From assembly GCA_963924565.1 (NCBI GenBank), contig OZ004609.1, forward strand, positions 16,740,001 to 16,804,000: a stretch of 64,000 bases of DNA, read 5' to 3'. The DNA comes from Ascidiella aspersa. Lineage: Eukaryota. Under the pieces are notes generated by a model. It did not search any database. It had not been told where the DNA came from and worked only from the letters and a program-made list of their open reading frames with translations. The first letter of the stretch is position 1; each line of letters begins with the position of its first letter. Below, in pieces: positions 21,301-34,700 of the stretch. The translations under genes and the position numbers were made by a program.

Positions 21301-24300
21301 CTAGCTTAACACCTGAGAACATATATATATATATTATACAAATACATTTCCACAAGTTTAAAAAATTAAACCAATCAAACATTTATATTTCTCGAAAACG
21401 TAATATCGATTCTTTGTTTGCATTTTCCTAATAAAAGACATCCTATAGAAACAAAATCGTTTTCAAAATACGGGCACTATTTGTATCTAAACGTTTAAAC
21501 AGTCATTTTATGAGCTGAGGGTTATAATAATACAATACGTCGTTTATTGGTTGGTATTTTGAAAACTGATAAAAACATTTTTATTTTTAGTATTTTAATA
21601 CTTACTGGGAATTTAAAATCCATCGTGTTAAAGTTGGTATAATAGTATCTTAATTGTGTCAAAAGTGTACAAAAATCTGAATGTTTTGTTTAGTGAATGA
21701 CTAACCCTTGGTGGGTAGGTAAAAACATCAGTTTGCAGTATAGAAGGGTAATGAAATACAAGTAACTTCATTCTTGCACCCTCTTTTCTCTCTCTTTTTA
21801 ATTCTCCGCAAATTTCTTGTCAGTCAAAGAACAACCGACGCGATTTTAACACGTACAGAAGATTATCTCTAAACAAAATTATCCGCGCTCTGTTTCGGGC
21901 CATCTGCGAAATTGATTGGTTCCAGGGTGACATCGTATCAGATCCCGGGCGTCCCCAGAATCGCATCTTTTCGCCAAGTCCATCGTGACACCGATCTAAT
22001 TAGTAAACAATGGCGTTATCGTCGGCTTTATCCATATCAAATAGATGAATTCAACTGCTGTACAAACGACTACGTTCCTATAGCACGATTACTGTTTTAT
22101 GAAGAGAGTGCAGTGAAAATGTAACCGGAATCAAAACTCGAAAACGTTGTTCATGTTGTAAAACGTAATACTCCACTTTGTTGACAAACATGCAAATAGT
22201 TTTAGTATATTTTATACTGGAAATGAACCTAACCAAAAAATTCGCGCTGAAATTCATAATAGTGTTGCCGTAAATGTTTTGTCGTAAACATCTACCGGTA
22301 ACTTTCTTTTGAAAAAATTGCAACCACCGTAAACGACTAGTAACAAAAAGGAAACAAGCAGACCGAAACAACACTTTGCAACTAATGACAGCGTCGAATC
22401 GGGAACAATGTAAATGTCCAATTAGCCGATCGCTCAGGGCCTTGAAATGACTGATTTGCAATGCGAGCAATTGCCGTTGAGGGCTCGCCACTTATACAGC
22501 GGTCGTTTTGCGAGCTGTATTGCACAAATAAGTGTATTGCAGGCCGCTGTTTGTTTTATGACACCGTTTTGTTCCCAAACTAGGGGTTTTGTTGTGCCAA
22601 GTCAACTTGTAAAACTAAGTGTTGCCGATATGTCACTGACTTAAAACTATTAATGTAACGCCTGTAACAGGCATTGTCCAGAGCGCTGAATTGTTGTTGG
22701 CCCATTGAACTGCATTGTGTGAAAAAATTTACTGTATTTTGATATAAGAGTATCTTGTAATCTTGAATTGCAAATGAACTTAAAGTTTGTGCTTTGCTCT
22801 CTTTTAATAATGGGCGGAATTTGTTTCACCAATTTACGTAAGATAGAGTTTTGCGCTAATATTTCCGAGCTAACTTTTTTTCGCAAATAGACTTGTGTTA
22901 ACAAATGTTATCAGCCAGATGGGAGGTCACACATAACAGGCAATACAACAAGCGGGAGAATTTCACCGAACCGTATTGAAGTTGGTAAGATCACATGGCT
23001 TTAACGTCAAAACATAAGAAACACGCAGCATCATTATTTCAAGTATTTGCACAAGTTCCGGTAAAACAATAAACATAAAACGCGAGTAGTGCCGTTCCAC
23101 ATGTAGCAGGTTCGCTTATGCGCGACCGTGTCTGAATAAGGAATGCCTGTTAACAGATGTTTTTATTGCGCCCCGATAACGACATGATTACAAGCACTAA
23201 ACCGAATAACGGTCATCCGTTAGAGGGGAGGGGGGTAAGATCAACAAATCAAGGTATATTTACTCTTGGTGTGACATCGTTAGAAGAACTGACCGTCTTT
23301 ATACGGGGAAGTTTAAGATTTATCTTTCTACATAGGGTGAGCTGAAAATTGATCATTGAATGTGTTCCATAGTTACACGTCTTAAATATGCTGCTCGTTT
23401 GGTTAAAATCATTTGCCTTGAGTTAATGCAAACCTTAGCCTACTATTTCTTTCTTCATAAGGACCATATCAGATATAAAGTTCATAATATATTTTTAACG
23501 ATCTGTAAGACTTACAATAATCGAGACAACGTGGGCATACACAGACATTTCTTTATGATTCGAAATATGAAGGATCGGCATTGGCCTCACAAACAACAAA
23601 AACACCAAACAAAACCATATTGAAGACAAAAAATGTAATAGCCTGTTAAATTTGTTATGTCTCATAGAATATTGTAATACGAAGCCGTTATTTTTGCAAT
23701 TTCATCATTTCCAGAGTATACCTATAGTTAAACACACGCCTATTTTTAGTTTAAATATTACCAATTAGCAATTAAATAGGTGGGCAAGTTAGACCAATTT
23801 TCTAAGGACAACTCATGCATCATACAGTTCAAAATATATGCTTATAGGCAGCTTATGGTTTTTTTTTTCCAAGCTTACAAATCAACCTGCAGCAAGTTGC
23901 TGAAGGAACCGAAAAATTATAAGCCATGTTAGTATCACATTTGGTCTGGTGTTTGGTTCGTTTATTTTCATACGAGTCGTTATAAAAAGAAGAGCGGTCT
24001 AATCGCTTGATACAGAGCACCAGGATCATAGCCATCAATGCGGTGGCAGGCCAGGGCGTCAACTCTTTGGCGTGTTATTGTAACATGAAATTGTGTTTAT
24101 CTCAGGGAGCGATTATGACAGATGACGTGTTGGCGTGTTTTCGTTGCGCCTCTGATCGCGTGGTTTTGGACTTGGTGCACACGCAGAGGATACCACTTTG
24201 CAGTTAGAACAGCAGGACGGATAAAAAATAAATATTGTGGCCACAACTAAATAACAAAAATAAATGCTGATAAAGAAATATTTTAAGCGTCTTTGGAGTG

Positions 24301-27300
24301 ATATACTTTTCGAAAACTTTGTAAGAATAAACGGAATAAGTCTGTTTTAAAAAAAATTGTGAGATCGATATTTTGGATAACGTAGCATATGACGGAACCC
24401 AATCCCAGTCGAAAACAAAAGCTTCTCAGAAAATTGACTTCTTCCCCCAAAAATGTGGGCATAAACATGTCATGGTCAACGTGTCAGATTAGTCATGCAC
24501 GATGAGGCGGGTGCCGCGGCGATCACAGCATCAGCAATGAGCCGAATTCTTCTCGTTTCGGCCTTCGCTTCCTTGTAAATTCGCTGCCGATCAAAAGGTG
24601 ATCGACGACGGCTGCAGATGATTTTATCAGCGGCTTCGTATCGTAAGGGCGAGACCTCACAACAACCCGTGCACTCATGGCTCTGCCCGATGTCTTGTTG
24701 CGTCACAGAAACCAGTTCTGTTGCGAATCGCGCGTTAAAAGTGATTTGCGCCTAATAACCTGGTTCCGCTTTTTCGGACGGCGTTTATTTTGACAAGATT
24801 CTGTTCGTCCGCCCATTTTGCCGAATAATAGGCGTACATGCGCTATAAGGGAAACCGTGTTAAACTATCGACTGACACTTGCTTGTCACATCGCTGATTT
24901 ACTATTTTTTCCAATTGTTAAAAAAAATCAGTAATCGGAAATTGTTGGTTATGACCATGGCTGACAATATCACTAAATTTGTTTTAATTTTGCATACCCT
25001 ATGTCTATCTCCGTTGTTATTTTCTGAACTTGATGCATGAAATAAATATGCCTTGAATACCAACGGTTATGTTTGTTTGCGACAGTCTACTGTTCAGTCT
25101 TTCCACTTTCTACACTTTACATACAGGTATAAGATCGTGCGCCAACTTTCCTGTCTTGTCCCACATGTCTGGTTAAATAGGGGCGATGCCCGGAACGATA
25201 AGAAATAGGCGACGATCTAAAATATTAATGAGAGCATCGTTTATCAAGGATTATCGCACAAACGCCTCATGTATCCGGGTAAATACTGTCAAAACACGCG
25301 CCAATCGTCTAAGCGGCCGTTTAATTATGCGTGTGGTTTAACTGATGGGATTCTTCAAAGTATGTCTATGAATTATTATTGGTTACTTTCAATTTAGGTC
25401 CCGGTCATAAACTACCTTTTATAGGATTTAAAAATGAAATTAGGTGGATAGTAGAAACAATTTATTTAATCGCTTTTCTGTTTCGGCAATTAGATTGTTA
25501 GCAGTGTCAATCCTGTCTTATACGCCAAACCGATATTCATTCTACTAAATTAAAGACCCGCGCAATTATTGTGTTTTATATGCTAACAAGTGTTAAAGAT
25601 GTTTGCTTCTTGTTAACCATGTTTTGACAACGTTAACATGGAGCATTAACTATAAAATGTTTGCGAATGTATAATAATGTTCTTACCGGAACGATAATAA
25701 TTTACAGAGATGACCTCACAAAGTTACGTCATAAAGCGACACCTAAAACAAGTAACTTTAGAAAGCTTTATCTTATTTTACCGAAGCGCCGTTCCGGACC
25801 TTTCCGGCTTACTTTCACCACTGTTGCAATATCAGCAAATTGATACATAATGGAAAACTGACAATTTTAAGAGTATTAATGGTAACAGTGCCCCTCCTAC
25901 CCACTTGAACGTGTTCATTGTATACAAAATGGAAACAAACGTTGCCGTTCGTTAATGAAAGGATGTAAGCAATTATGGAATAACCAGAGCACGACGTCAC
26001 CCTATTTTCGTTGCTTGACTGTATTGTGACAAACGATAGTCAAACAGCGCGTACGCAAACTATACGGCCGTTCGAGCGCTCGTGCTTACTTCATATTTGG
26101 AACGGCCATCAACGAAGCGAGAAATTCGTGCACACTGTGACATCGGGAGGCGTTATTCGGTGTCAATTGTGGCATCCGCCTCCCGCTTGGAATGCGGCGT
26201 CCAGCATTTAATTATTACGACTCGCCTCGCCGCTCCAGTGTCCACGCCCGGGAGCGCAAGCCGCGCAATATCCTCACGCGACCTTTTGACCTGGCCGGCT
26301 GATGTCCGTAGAGTCGAAACACAATCCCTCGACTGGCACTTGGTACCATTGGGCCGCTACTACGACATCCCGCTGTGGTCCCCACCCGGGCACGGCCACG
26401 CAACTTAATTATAATCATATACCGCTCTGATTTTACAGCTCTGATTATTATCCAGTCGATTGTCCCATTCAACGGCAGAAAAATTACAATCATGATTTGC
26501 GAATCATAACGCGATGACACAAAAACGCTCTTTATCCCTGGTTGGAATAGGAAATCAATTGACAATCTGTTGATCGCTTTATTTATGATTTAACGCGACA
26601 CGTTCTCTATTTTAATCACATACAACTAAGAACTTGTGAGAAATAGTCCATTTTGTAAATAAATATATAGGATAGAAAAGCGTAAGTTACACAATTTTAG
26701 GAGCGGAGACAAATATTATACTCTTAACTTTTTGTTTGTTCTTGAAAATAAATTTTCACTGTTTTTTTAGATCGCTAGGTAATTTATAATTAGAAGAAAA
26801 ACAGCTTGTTTCCGTCGATTTCTCTAGCAATTATTTGTCGACTGTAACAAACACAACTGAAAGAACTCGAATATCCAAGGGTTCATGTCCAAAAAGGAGT
26901 TGTAGCGAAGCAAGAACTGATTGCATTTGACTGTTTCGAACGCCCTGCAACGTCATTAGTCCAATATTTAATTAACACCTACTTAGCGGCGACCCAGGCC
27001 AGCCCAGGGACCAGTGTAATAGTATTATTCGCTCGGCGCATATGTTCGAAGTCGTGACTCTTATGTGACAAGGAACGGAAGGACAATCAGATTTCACTGT
27101 AAATTAGGTTGTAGCACAGACAAAACCTTGCAAGAAGAGCACAGTTTACACAAAATAGTACACCTGAATTCATTTTTAGAAAACGGAACGCGTCCGACCC
27201 AAACAACTTGAGGAAATACTATTTCCGATGCCACCCAACGAAATAGACAAAACAATCCAGAAATGTTTATATATTTGATTTTTAATACTTTTACAACACT

Positions 27301-28454
27301 ATAGGTACTATTGGATATTTAGTTTTTATTAGCTAAGCAACCAACCGTATAACAAACTAATTGAAATGGTCGAACAATCTTTAGAAATCACCCTTTAACA
27401 TGACCTTTCCTTTAGCGCACAGAAAGTATTATCGTAAGACAGCGAACTTATAAAAGAATGTGTAGGGTAGGGTAGGGCGATAACACAGCCTTCTAAGTTC
27501 TTACCACATGTCGCCAACACCAAACAACACTCGGTGCCTGTACAACACGCGATCGGGCCTGCCTGATGTTACAGACAACTATGTGTGTAAGCGACCTTGT
27601 AATGCAGACCCACACTGAGCTTATTAATAGACGACATGCGTGTTTACAAGATGTAGCTTGCCCCGTGCTGTCGTTCATACGACAACACACCAAGTAAAGC
27701 GAAAGATCTTTTGGGAAAGCGTTCCCAGTCAGTCTGGCCATGCCCGTTCGACGAAACACGCTCCAGTTTGCACTAGGCTTGGTATGTGGAGCCCGCTATA
27801 CCGCTTGGCGTTACAGGCTTTTATTTCCGAAGTATACGTAAATAAGACATACTTTTTTTGTTAAAGTTATGCATTTTATTTTCTATTGATGCTAATTTCA
27901 CCATTCAAAAAATCGTATTCATTTTCAAATAATTCAAAAGAACGTCTTATTTTATCAGCTTATTTCGCACCTTTTAATTTTTCATAAGTTCGTACAATAT
28001 TAGTTTAGTTTAAGTCAAGGTCTTACAAAACCACAAAGGTCGTTGACGTGTGATATGATAATATTATGAGTTACTCCTGGTTTCAGAAATAAAGTTCTCC
28101 CCGATGCGAGGATTCCTACATTGCAGTCTTATATGTGTCAGTTTGCCGTGGAGCAAGAAAGCGACGATGCCCCTACGCGCCAGGCGCAACAGCAACAGCT
28201 CTTTGAAGTTGACTTCTTTGTTTATGTTGAACGACACCAGAAAGCACCTCCCGTGTGACTTGCGCCGGTTAAGTCTATACTTACTTGTGAGTTGTGACCC
28301 GGTCAGTGGTTCCCGGGAGATCTTGGTGAATAACACTGCCATTGGAAGCGATACGAAACACGCGATCAACAGCAACAAGGATATTACGAGTAAGGCACCT
28401 TTTCGACCATGCTACGACAATCATGGCTGAATGAAGGTTAGCGAAAACACAATG

Positions 28455-28750
28455 CAATGGTTCCCAAACTTTGTAAGCCTACGTCAACCCACATAAAATA
28501 TATACAGTTCGCGGACACTATAGGTAACACTAAGTGGTTTACTATAATGTAATAATAAACCTAATAAAACAACACACATCAACTGTGCGCAATGTAGGAA
28601 AAAATTTTTCATTTGTTGCACGCCAAACGTACACAGAAAATATGTCAAGAAGCTTATCAAAATAAAAAATGGTAATCCAGAAGAAAATTAATTAGTTATC
28701 TCTTGCCACACTTGAGCGTTTAAAAGGGCATCCCAGTAGGGAGTCTTTAT
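28455..28750. mobile_element. Degraded hAT MITE remnant
   Basis: The left end CAATGGTTCCCAAACT is hAT-TIR-like. The right end is only a decayed CCCAGTAGGGAGTC and no clean TSD is seen. Confidence 0.35.
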
Positions 28751-31700
28751 GGATAGTTAAATCATTTTAGCACAGGATCATCAGCGTAAGATATGAACGA
28801 TTCGACAATTTATTATGACGCATTTTTGTTATCTTCTTTGCATCGCTGCGCGGCGCGCGCCTTTCTAGCAAACTTCATAATTTTTCTCCGTGTAATTTAT
28901 TTAAGGGCTCGGTTAAGTAGATGGGCCTCCGTATTGGCACGAGCCGGCGATCACACAATTGATCCCCGAGTTAAAAGCGTCCAATTAAAAAGTGCAAGCG
29001 AGTCACATCGATCAGAGATTCTCCGACTTATGTTCCAGGAGCGTGTCGCGCGCAGCCCGCGCTAAATTTTTGTCTCGTCCTTTTCAGTCTCAGCGACCGC
29101 GCGACATCAATAGGTAAATGTAGCGTCTCGAAATTAAGGTACCGGTCAATTAGAAGTACGGCAAAAGGTGAATATGTCCTAATTAATACAGACTTCTCTC
29201 GCTCACGTAAACGAGAGAATAAAAGTATTGCACCACATTTATGATTTGCGTACACAATGCTAACAACAACTTGAATAAAAGGGGGTATAATACATGACAC
29301 AGATTTAATGGCGAATAAAACTTGTGATTATCCAAAAAAAAAAAAAAAAAACTGCAGACCTTTGTTTTTTAATGCATAGCACAACTTTTCTTATTCTTAA
29401 CTCTAAGAGAGTTGTGGAGGTTTTTGTTAATAAAGATGTTAGAATTGTACTCCGGCAAGGTGACCCTTCATCAATAAGTTATGGGCTGGCTTCACCGTCA
29501 GGATGCGATAACGGAAAAAGCATGTCAGGGATACACTAAAAACATTTTTAACTCGCCAAAAAAATACGTGTTTTATCCTTTTTCGCTTTTTAAGTTAATA
29601 AATTAAACAGCAAAGCTTTCTCGGCGCCACCAAAGTTTCCACAGAAACTTACGCTCTTATATGTATGTTAGGAACTGGATTTTCTTCAACCTAATGTCCC
29701 CCGGGTTGTGCGCCTTCTAATTCCTTCATCGATAAACGTGTTAGATCCTGTTAGCGGGGCTTGCACCAACTGTTGTTATAACACCCGAGCCGAGGCAATA
29801 TAACGATTTTGATGATGGAAAATTCGTGTTCCTGTCGCGCTGCTCAATTTTTCTGTGATTTTTTCTCCCTCTATTTAAATCACGCTCGCCCTACGCGGCA
29901 TGCTACGGTAAGAGCATCAACTAAATTTCGCTGACACACGAAGCAGACTGCTAAGGTCAGTCCGGTCTTGTGACTTACTGCACAAATCTTTAAATGCTGA
30001 AACTCATTGCGGTGACACAAAATGCAGCATTCGTTTAAAAATGGAAATACTTATTTACCGACAAGCAATGTTTATTGCTAAGTTGTGTAAGGCTATGGGT
30101 TAAACGTTTCACAATCCTCCAATGAGGCCAAAGCTGAAGGGTTTTTCTTTAGCTACTAAACAAACTACGAACTGAATCACAAAACGTGGAATCGACAAAA
30201 CTTGTCTAATTAATTTTGATATCAAGAATCGTCCGAAATCGACAGAGAAGCAGGATCGCCTGTTTTTGTTTGATCACGTGGAAGAGTGAAGAGCCGGAAG
30301 AAGCGATAGTGACTTGTGTGTTTTTCGTGATATAGGGCTTGGTCGCACCCTGCGAAAGTATACAGGCCATAGCGACATACACGAAACATGTTGTTTGTGA
30401 GTCACATATAAACCACCAGTCCTGTGCTGTTTGATCGACGGGCAAATATTTAATGCAAAGGGCGCGTTAACAGCGCTGGTCGCAAGGGGATTGTTCAGGC
30501 ACTTACTCTGCACATTTCCTTAAATCGATCACAAGTTTGTTATCTACATCGAGAAAACTAAAACTAAAAATTGTTTTTGTCACACAAGTTTTTATTTGAT
30601 TTCGTAAAGATGCTGTATACGCATTGTGTCAGTGGATTTAATATACAGGTCCTAAATCTTTTTAAAGAAAACAACAATTGCACTTAGCATAAACCAGTAG
30701 AGTTTGTTGCATAAATACCTCTCTTAACTCAGTAAATTTTACAATAAATAAGCAAAACTTTCGGCCATACTAACAATGGCAAGTCATATTTACAATTGCA
30801 TTTTAGTAACTTTGTCCTGTTTGAGTAAATAAAACATGAGAAGCAACCACGCGATCTTTAGACCACAAACCTATCACCGAGCAAAGGTCCTTTTTGGTGT
30901 CCTGCCGACAATATGAGACCAATGCAAACAGGCTTTAGTAAATATATTCATTTTGGTATCACATTAACCTTTACACCTTACCGGAAGTAGTATTTAATCA
31001 AAGCTCGGAAACCAATTAAGGCATAAATACAATGTAACAGTTCTACAAAGAATAACTTGAATAACACATATAAAATATCCCAATGTAACCATAGTCGTAA
31101 CATTACATTGTTGCTTATAGAAACCATACCAAAAAGACTGTATGAGTCGGCCACTCATGTTCAAACACTTCAGGTGAGCGCAATACTAATTATACAGGCA
31201 AGTCGATTGACTGGGAAAGTTCGTCCAGAAAAAATGTTTGGTAAACGATAACCTACAAGGCGCTGGTTGCAACAAAAAACAAAAAAAAAATCAATATAAT
31301 GTTTTTCAAACTTGTTTTTAAAGTGATTATAAAGAAACTTGGTCGCTACAAAATAAATTATTACGAGATTTATAAATAGGTAAAGATTATTATTTTGGTT
31401 AATAGAAACTACTGACCAGATTGGTGTTAGCAATGAAATATGTCTAGCATGGCTGTAGACTTGCGTGAAGCGTTATAAATAGATATCTTCAAATGCGCTG
31501 CACACAGCCGCATATTCCATGAAATGTTTCTAAAGATCACGGCCCCACGCCATATTGACCTTACCGGCGCTTGACTGATATTGCCACCAGTTCGAAATTG
31601 TGGCCGACGGGTGTCAATGCGCAGTGGCGCAGTGGCGAGGACATGCTTTGTGTGACACTTGCATAACCAATCCTTCAATTCACTTGGGATGGGTAGAATC

Positions 31701-34700
31701 AGGAAGCCAAGCGCTTTGTTGGAAGTTATTACTACGATAAAATTTCTCGAAGCGAAACATTGCAATCCACTTATTCGCATAATGCATATTTTCTGGTAAA
31801 CAGTTTTATTTGAAATTCCGCTTGGCGAAGCGAATGCTTATCTTAGAGAATCATACGTTGTTGGTTTTACAGGCAAAAATTTAAACCACTACTGTCACAT
31901 TTGGCAAAAAAGTTTAGCTGTAGTACTATTTTGTAAGATGTATGGAAATTGCACTTTCTTTAAAATATGTTATAAACGTAATATACATGTCTTTGTTTCG
32001 TTGTAGTATAGCGGTTATATTTTTTACTGTCTAAAATAGTTTTGTTTAATGTTACACTTTTTAATATGTTAGCTATGTGTATAATAACTTTTACTTTATA
32101 CTATCCGAAGATAATAATTCAGAAAGCAATTAAAATATATTTTTCACATAAAGCCATTTCGACAGCAATAAGTCTAATGAATCCCTCCACAAAGCAAAAT
32201 GCAACAGTCACATCAAAAGTAAATTTTGGCTTAGTCAATTGACGTATCAATCACGTTAGATATATCACAACAGTATCCCCACATGCTGTGCGCTCAACTA
32301 ACCTTTGGCTGAACGCTATAAGACACAGTTTTCAGTGCTATGTCCAAATGGCATATGCTCCGCTTGTATAGCCTACCGTTGGACTCAGCCAGGTTTGCGC
32401 AAAACGATATAACTGAAAATATATCAACACATTTCTTTCTATTATTTTGCAATATTTAAAGCCAAAACTAAACTAATTACGATACGTAATAGTTTAGTTT
32501 TATTCAGTTTTAAAAATATTTTTTAGCTTAACTCGGCTTAAAAGTCGTCTTGTTACCGTTTTTCTTTTACCATGCATGTGATTATTTTTGGTAAATTTGT
32601 CTTAGGTTACTTTTATCATTAGTGCAAAGTATAGACCAATGACATAGTTACTGGAATAATAATACCTGTTCTATCAAAATTTATTTCTTAATTTAAAATA
32701 TTTATCTAATAAGTTGCATTTCCACACTATGTTGAATTAATCAAGTTTAAAGTATAATTTACTTTAGCACAATATAAATAAAACGTTAATAAAGCTTGGA
32801 TAAAAATAGTTGAAAACGAATAACGATATCCAACTTTAATGTCAAAAACAAAATGGCTGAAGTTTGGCATGGTTATTGGACTGGATATTTCGTTTTAGGT
32901 AACGAGCTCACATGTTGACAAATCAAAATATCCAAAATTTCTCAGATTGAATTAAAGCATGTTTTAAAAGGGTTTTGCCGATCGGCAATTCAATTATTTT
33001 CATGACGTTTCTTGGACCATACACTCGATTTTGAATAGTACATAGAGAACAAGTTAACCATTTGTTGACGGCTTGACGTAGTTTTATGTCAGAAAGCAGG
33101 GCACTGCTACATACGTGTATTATCATCTGTTATGCTAGTTGCTAAATATTATGACAAGTAAATCAAATTCATAATAAAATTTTAGGAAAAAAGACCCATG
33201 CTTTATCCGAATGTCGACAAGGTAGCAAATCCTGAAATTAGTGGTCTACATTATCATATCGTGTTCCTGGCACATATCTTATGCATGAGACTTAAACTTC
33301 ATCTAAAAACGCCTAAAATTGCTTTGTGTGAAAAAGAACGATAATTCAAAGGGTGACAAACTTAAGAATTTTCAATTGGGCTATCCAAATTTCGCACGTC
33401 GACCATGAAAAATTGATGGCATTGTGCTATAAATTTTCACTACAGCTGTATCCTAAAGCCATAAGGAGAACAAGTTTTTGTTTATTATAAAAGAGGTCAA
33501 ATCGACAAATGTTTCTTAGCTGGGAAGATATGTCGCATATCTGAGCCTGGCGTGGCGGCAAAATACATGCGGCGCCAGATTGGCGATTTTAGGCCATTTA
33601 ATTATTGATGCCGCCGAAACCATGTGAATTGTTTTCGCAGCGTCCAGTTACCGGAATAAAGTGGCCAAGGTCGTTTTGAGGAGATTCCCACAGAATGGCA
33701 AAGACGGTTTAAGATTAAACCCTTAATGTACTCGGCGTATTCTAGATTACAGACAACGCAACGTGAGTTTCGATAAAAGGAAGTCCAGCAGATCTGTTTA
33801 CATTTCGGTGCTGGTTGCATTTGCGACATTTGGTGGGACCCCTGTCTATTTTGATTTCCGCCGCGGGCAGACAAAAGTCGCGATGAGCGGATAAACAAAC
33901 ACGATGCACGTCGTCGTTTATCGCTTTTATAACCCCTTAACTGGCGGCCAATTTGCCCCTGCGGTTTTGAAGTGTGTGCGATAACGTGGGTCCACTTTCC
34001 CAGGGGGTCAAGTTCGCATGGACCCACGAAGATTCGCTTGGGCTGCGCGCGAATGCAAACAGTTGCCTTTGTGAGCCGCTGTGTCTGCCGAAACCTAATC
34101 CAGCGTAATGGACACGACCGCGCCGAAACACTGAGATTTGATGATGGGCCCACTTAGCGCAAACGTGGTGTTATTAAAGCGAATGGTTGAGATGCCGTCG
34201 AGACCGCGATAACCCAGTGCACTTGTCTATACGAGCCCCGCGCGCCTTGCTGGCTTGTTTCGCTGATTTTGCCCTTGTTATGGGTGATTAGGAGTCACGG
34301 CTAGATCTCAATAAACAGGTGTTTACAAGCGATTCGCAAGCTTTCCACGCGAACCGTGACCGAAAATAAATAAAGATTGTCGTGCCGTTCGGTTTGAGAC
34401 GATTTTGGGTTTCCTGTCAGCAAGTGCCGGCTACTAATTTAAAGCAAAACAAATCTCTAAAAATAGCTTTAACGCCGTTGCGGTCTTCGTCGCACGATAC
34501 TGAACTTGGTGTAACTTGTAAAAATGAGATATATTGTATACTTTGTTAAACGTCGCTCATATTCCAGCCTCAAACATTTAACAAATTGTTATCACACGCA
34601 GTGGTAATATGTTGCCTCTGTGTTGCGGTAGGTTTTTGACGTTTACCTAAATCATTCAGCCATACAAACCAACCCCAGCATATATCTTCAACACATTCCC

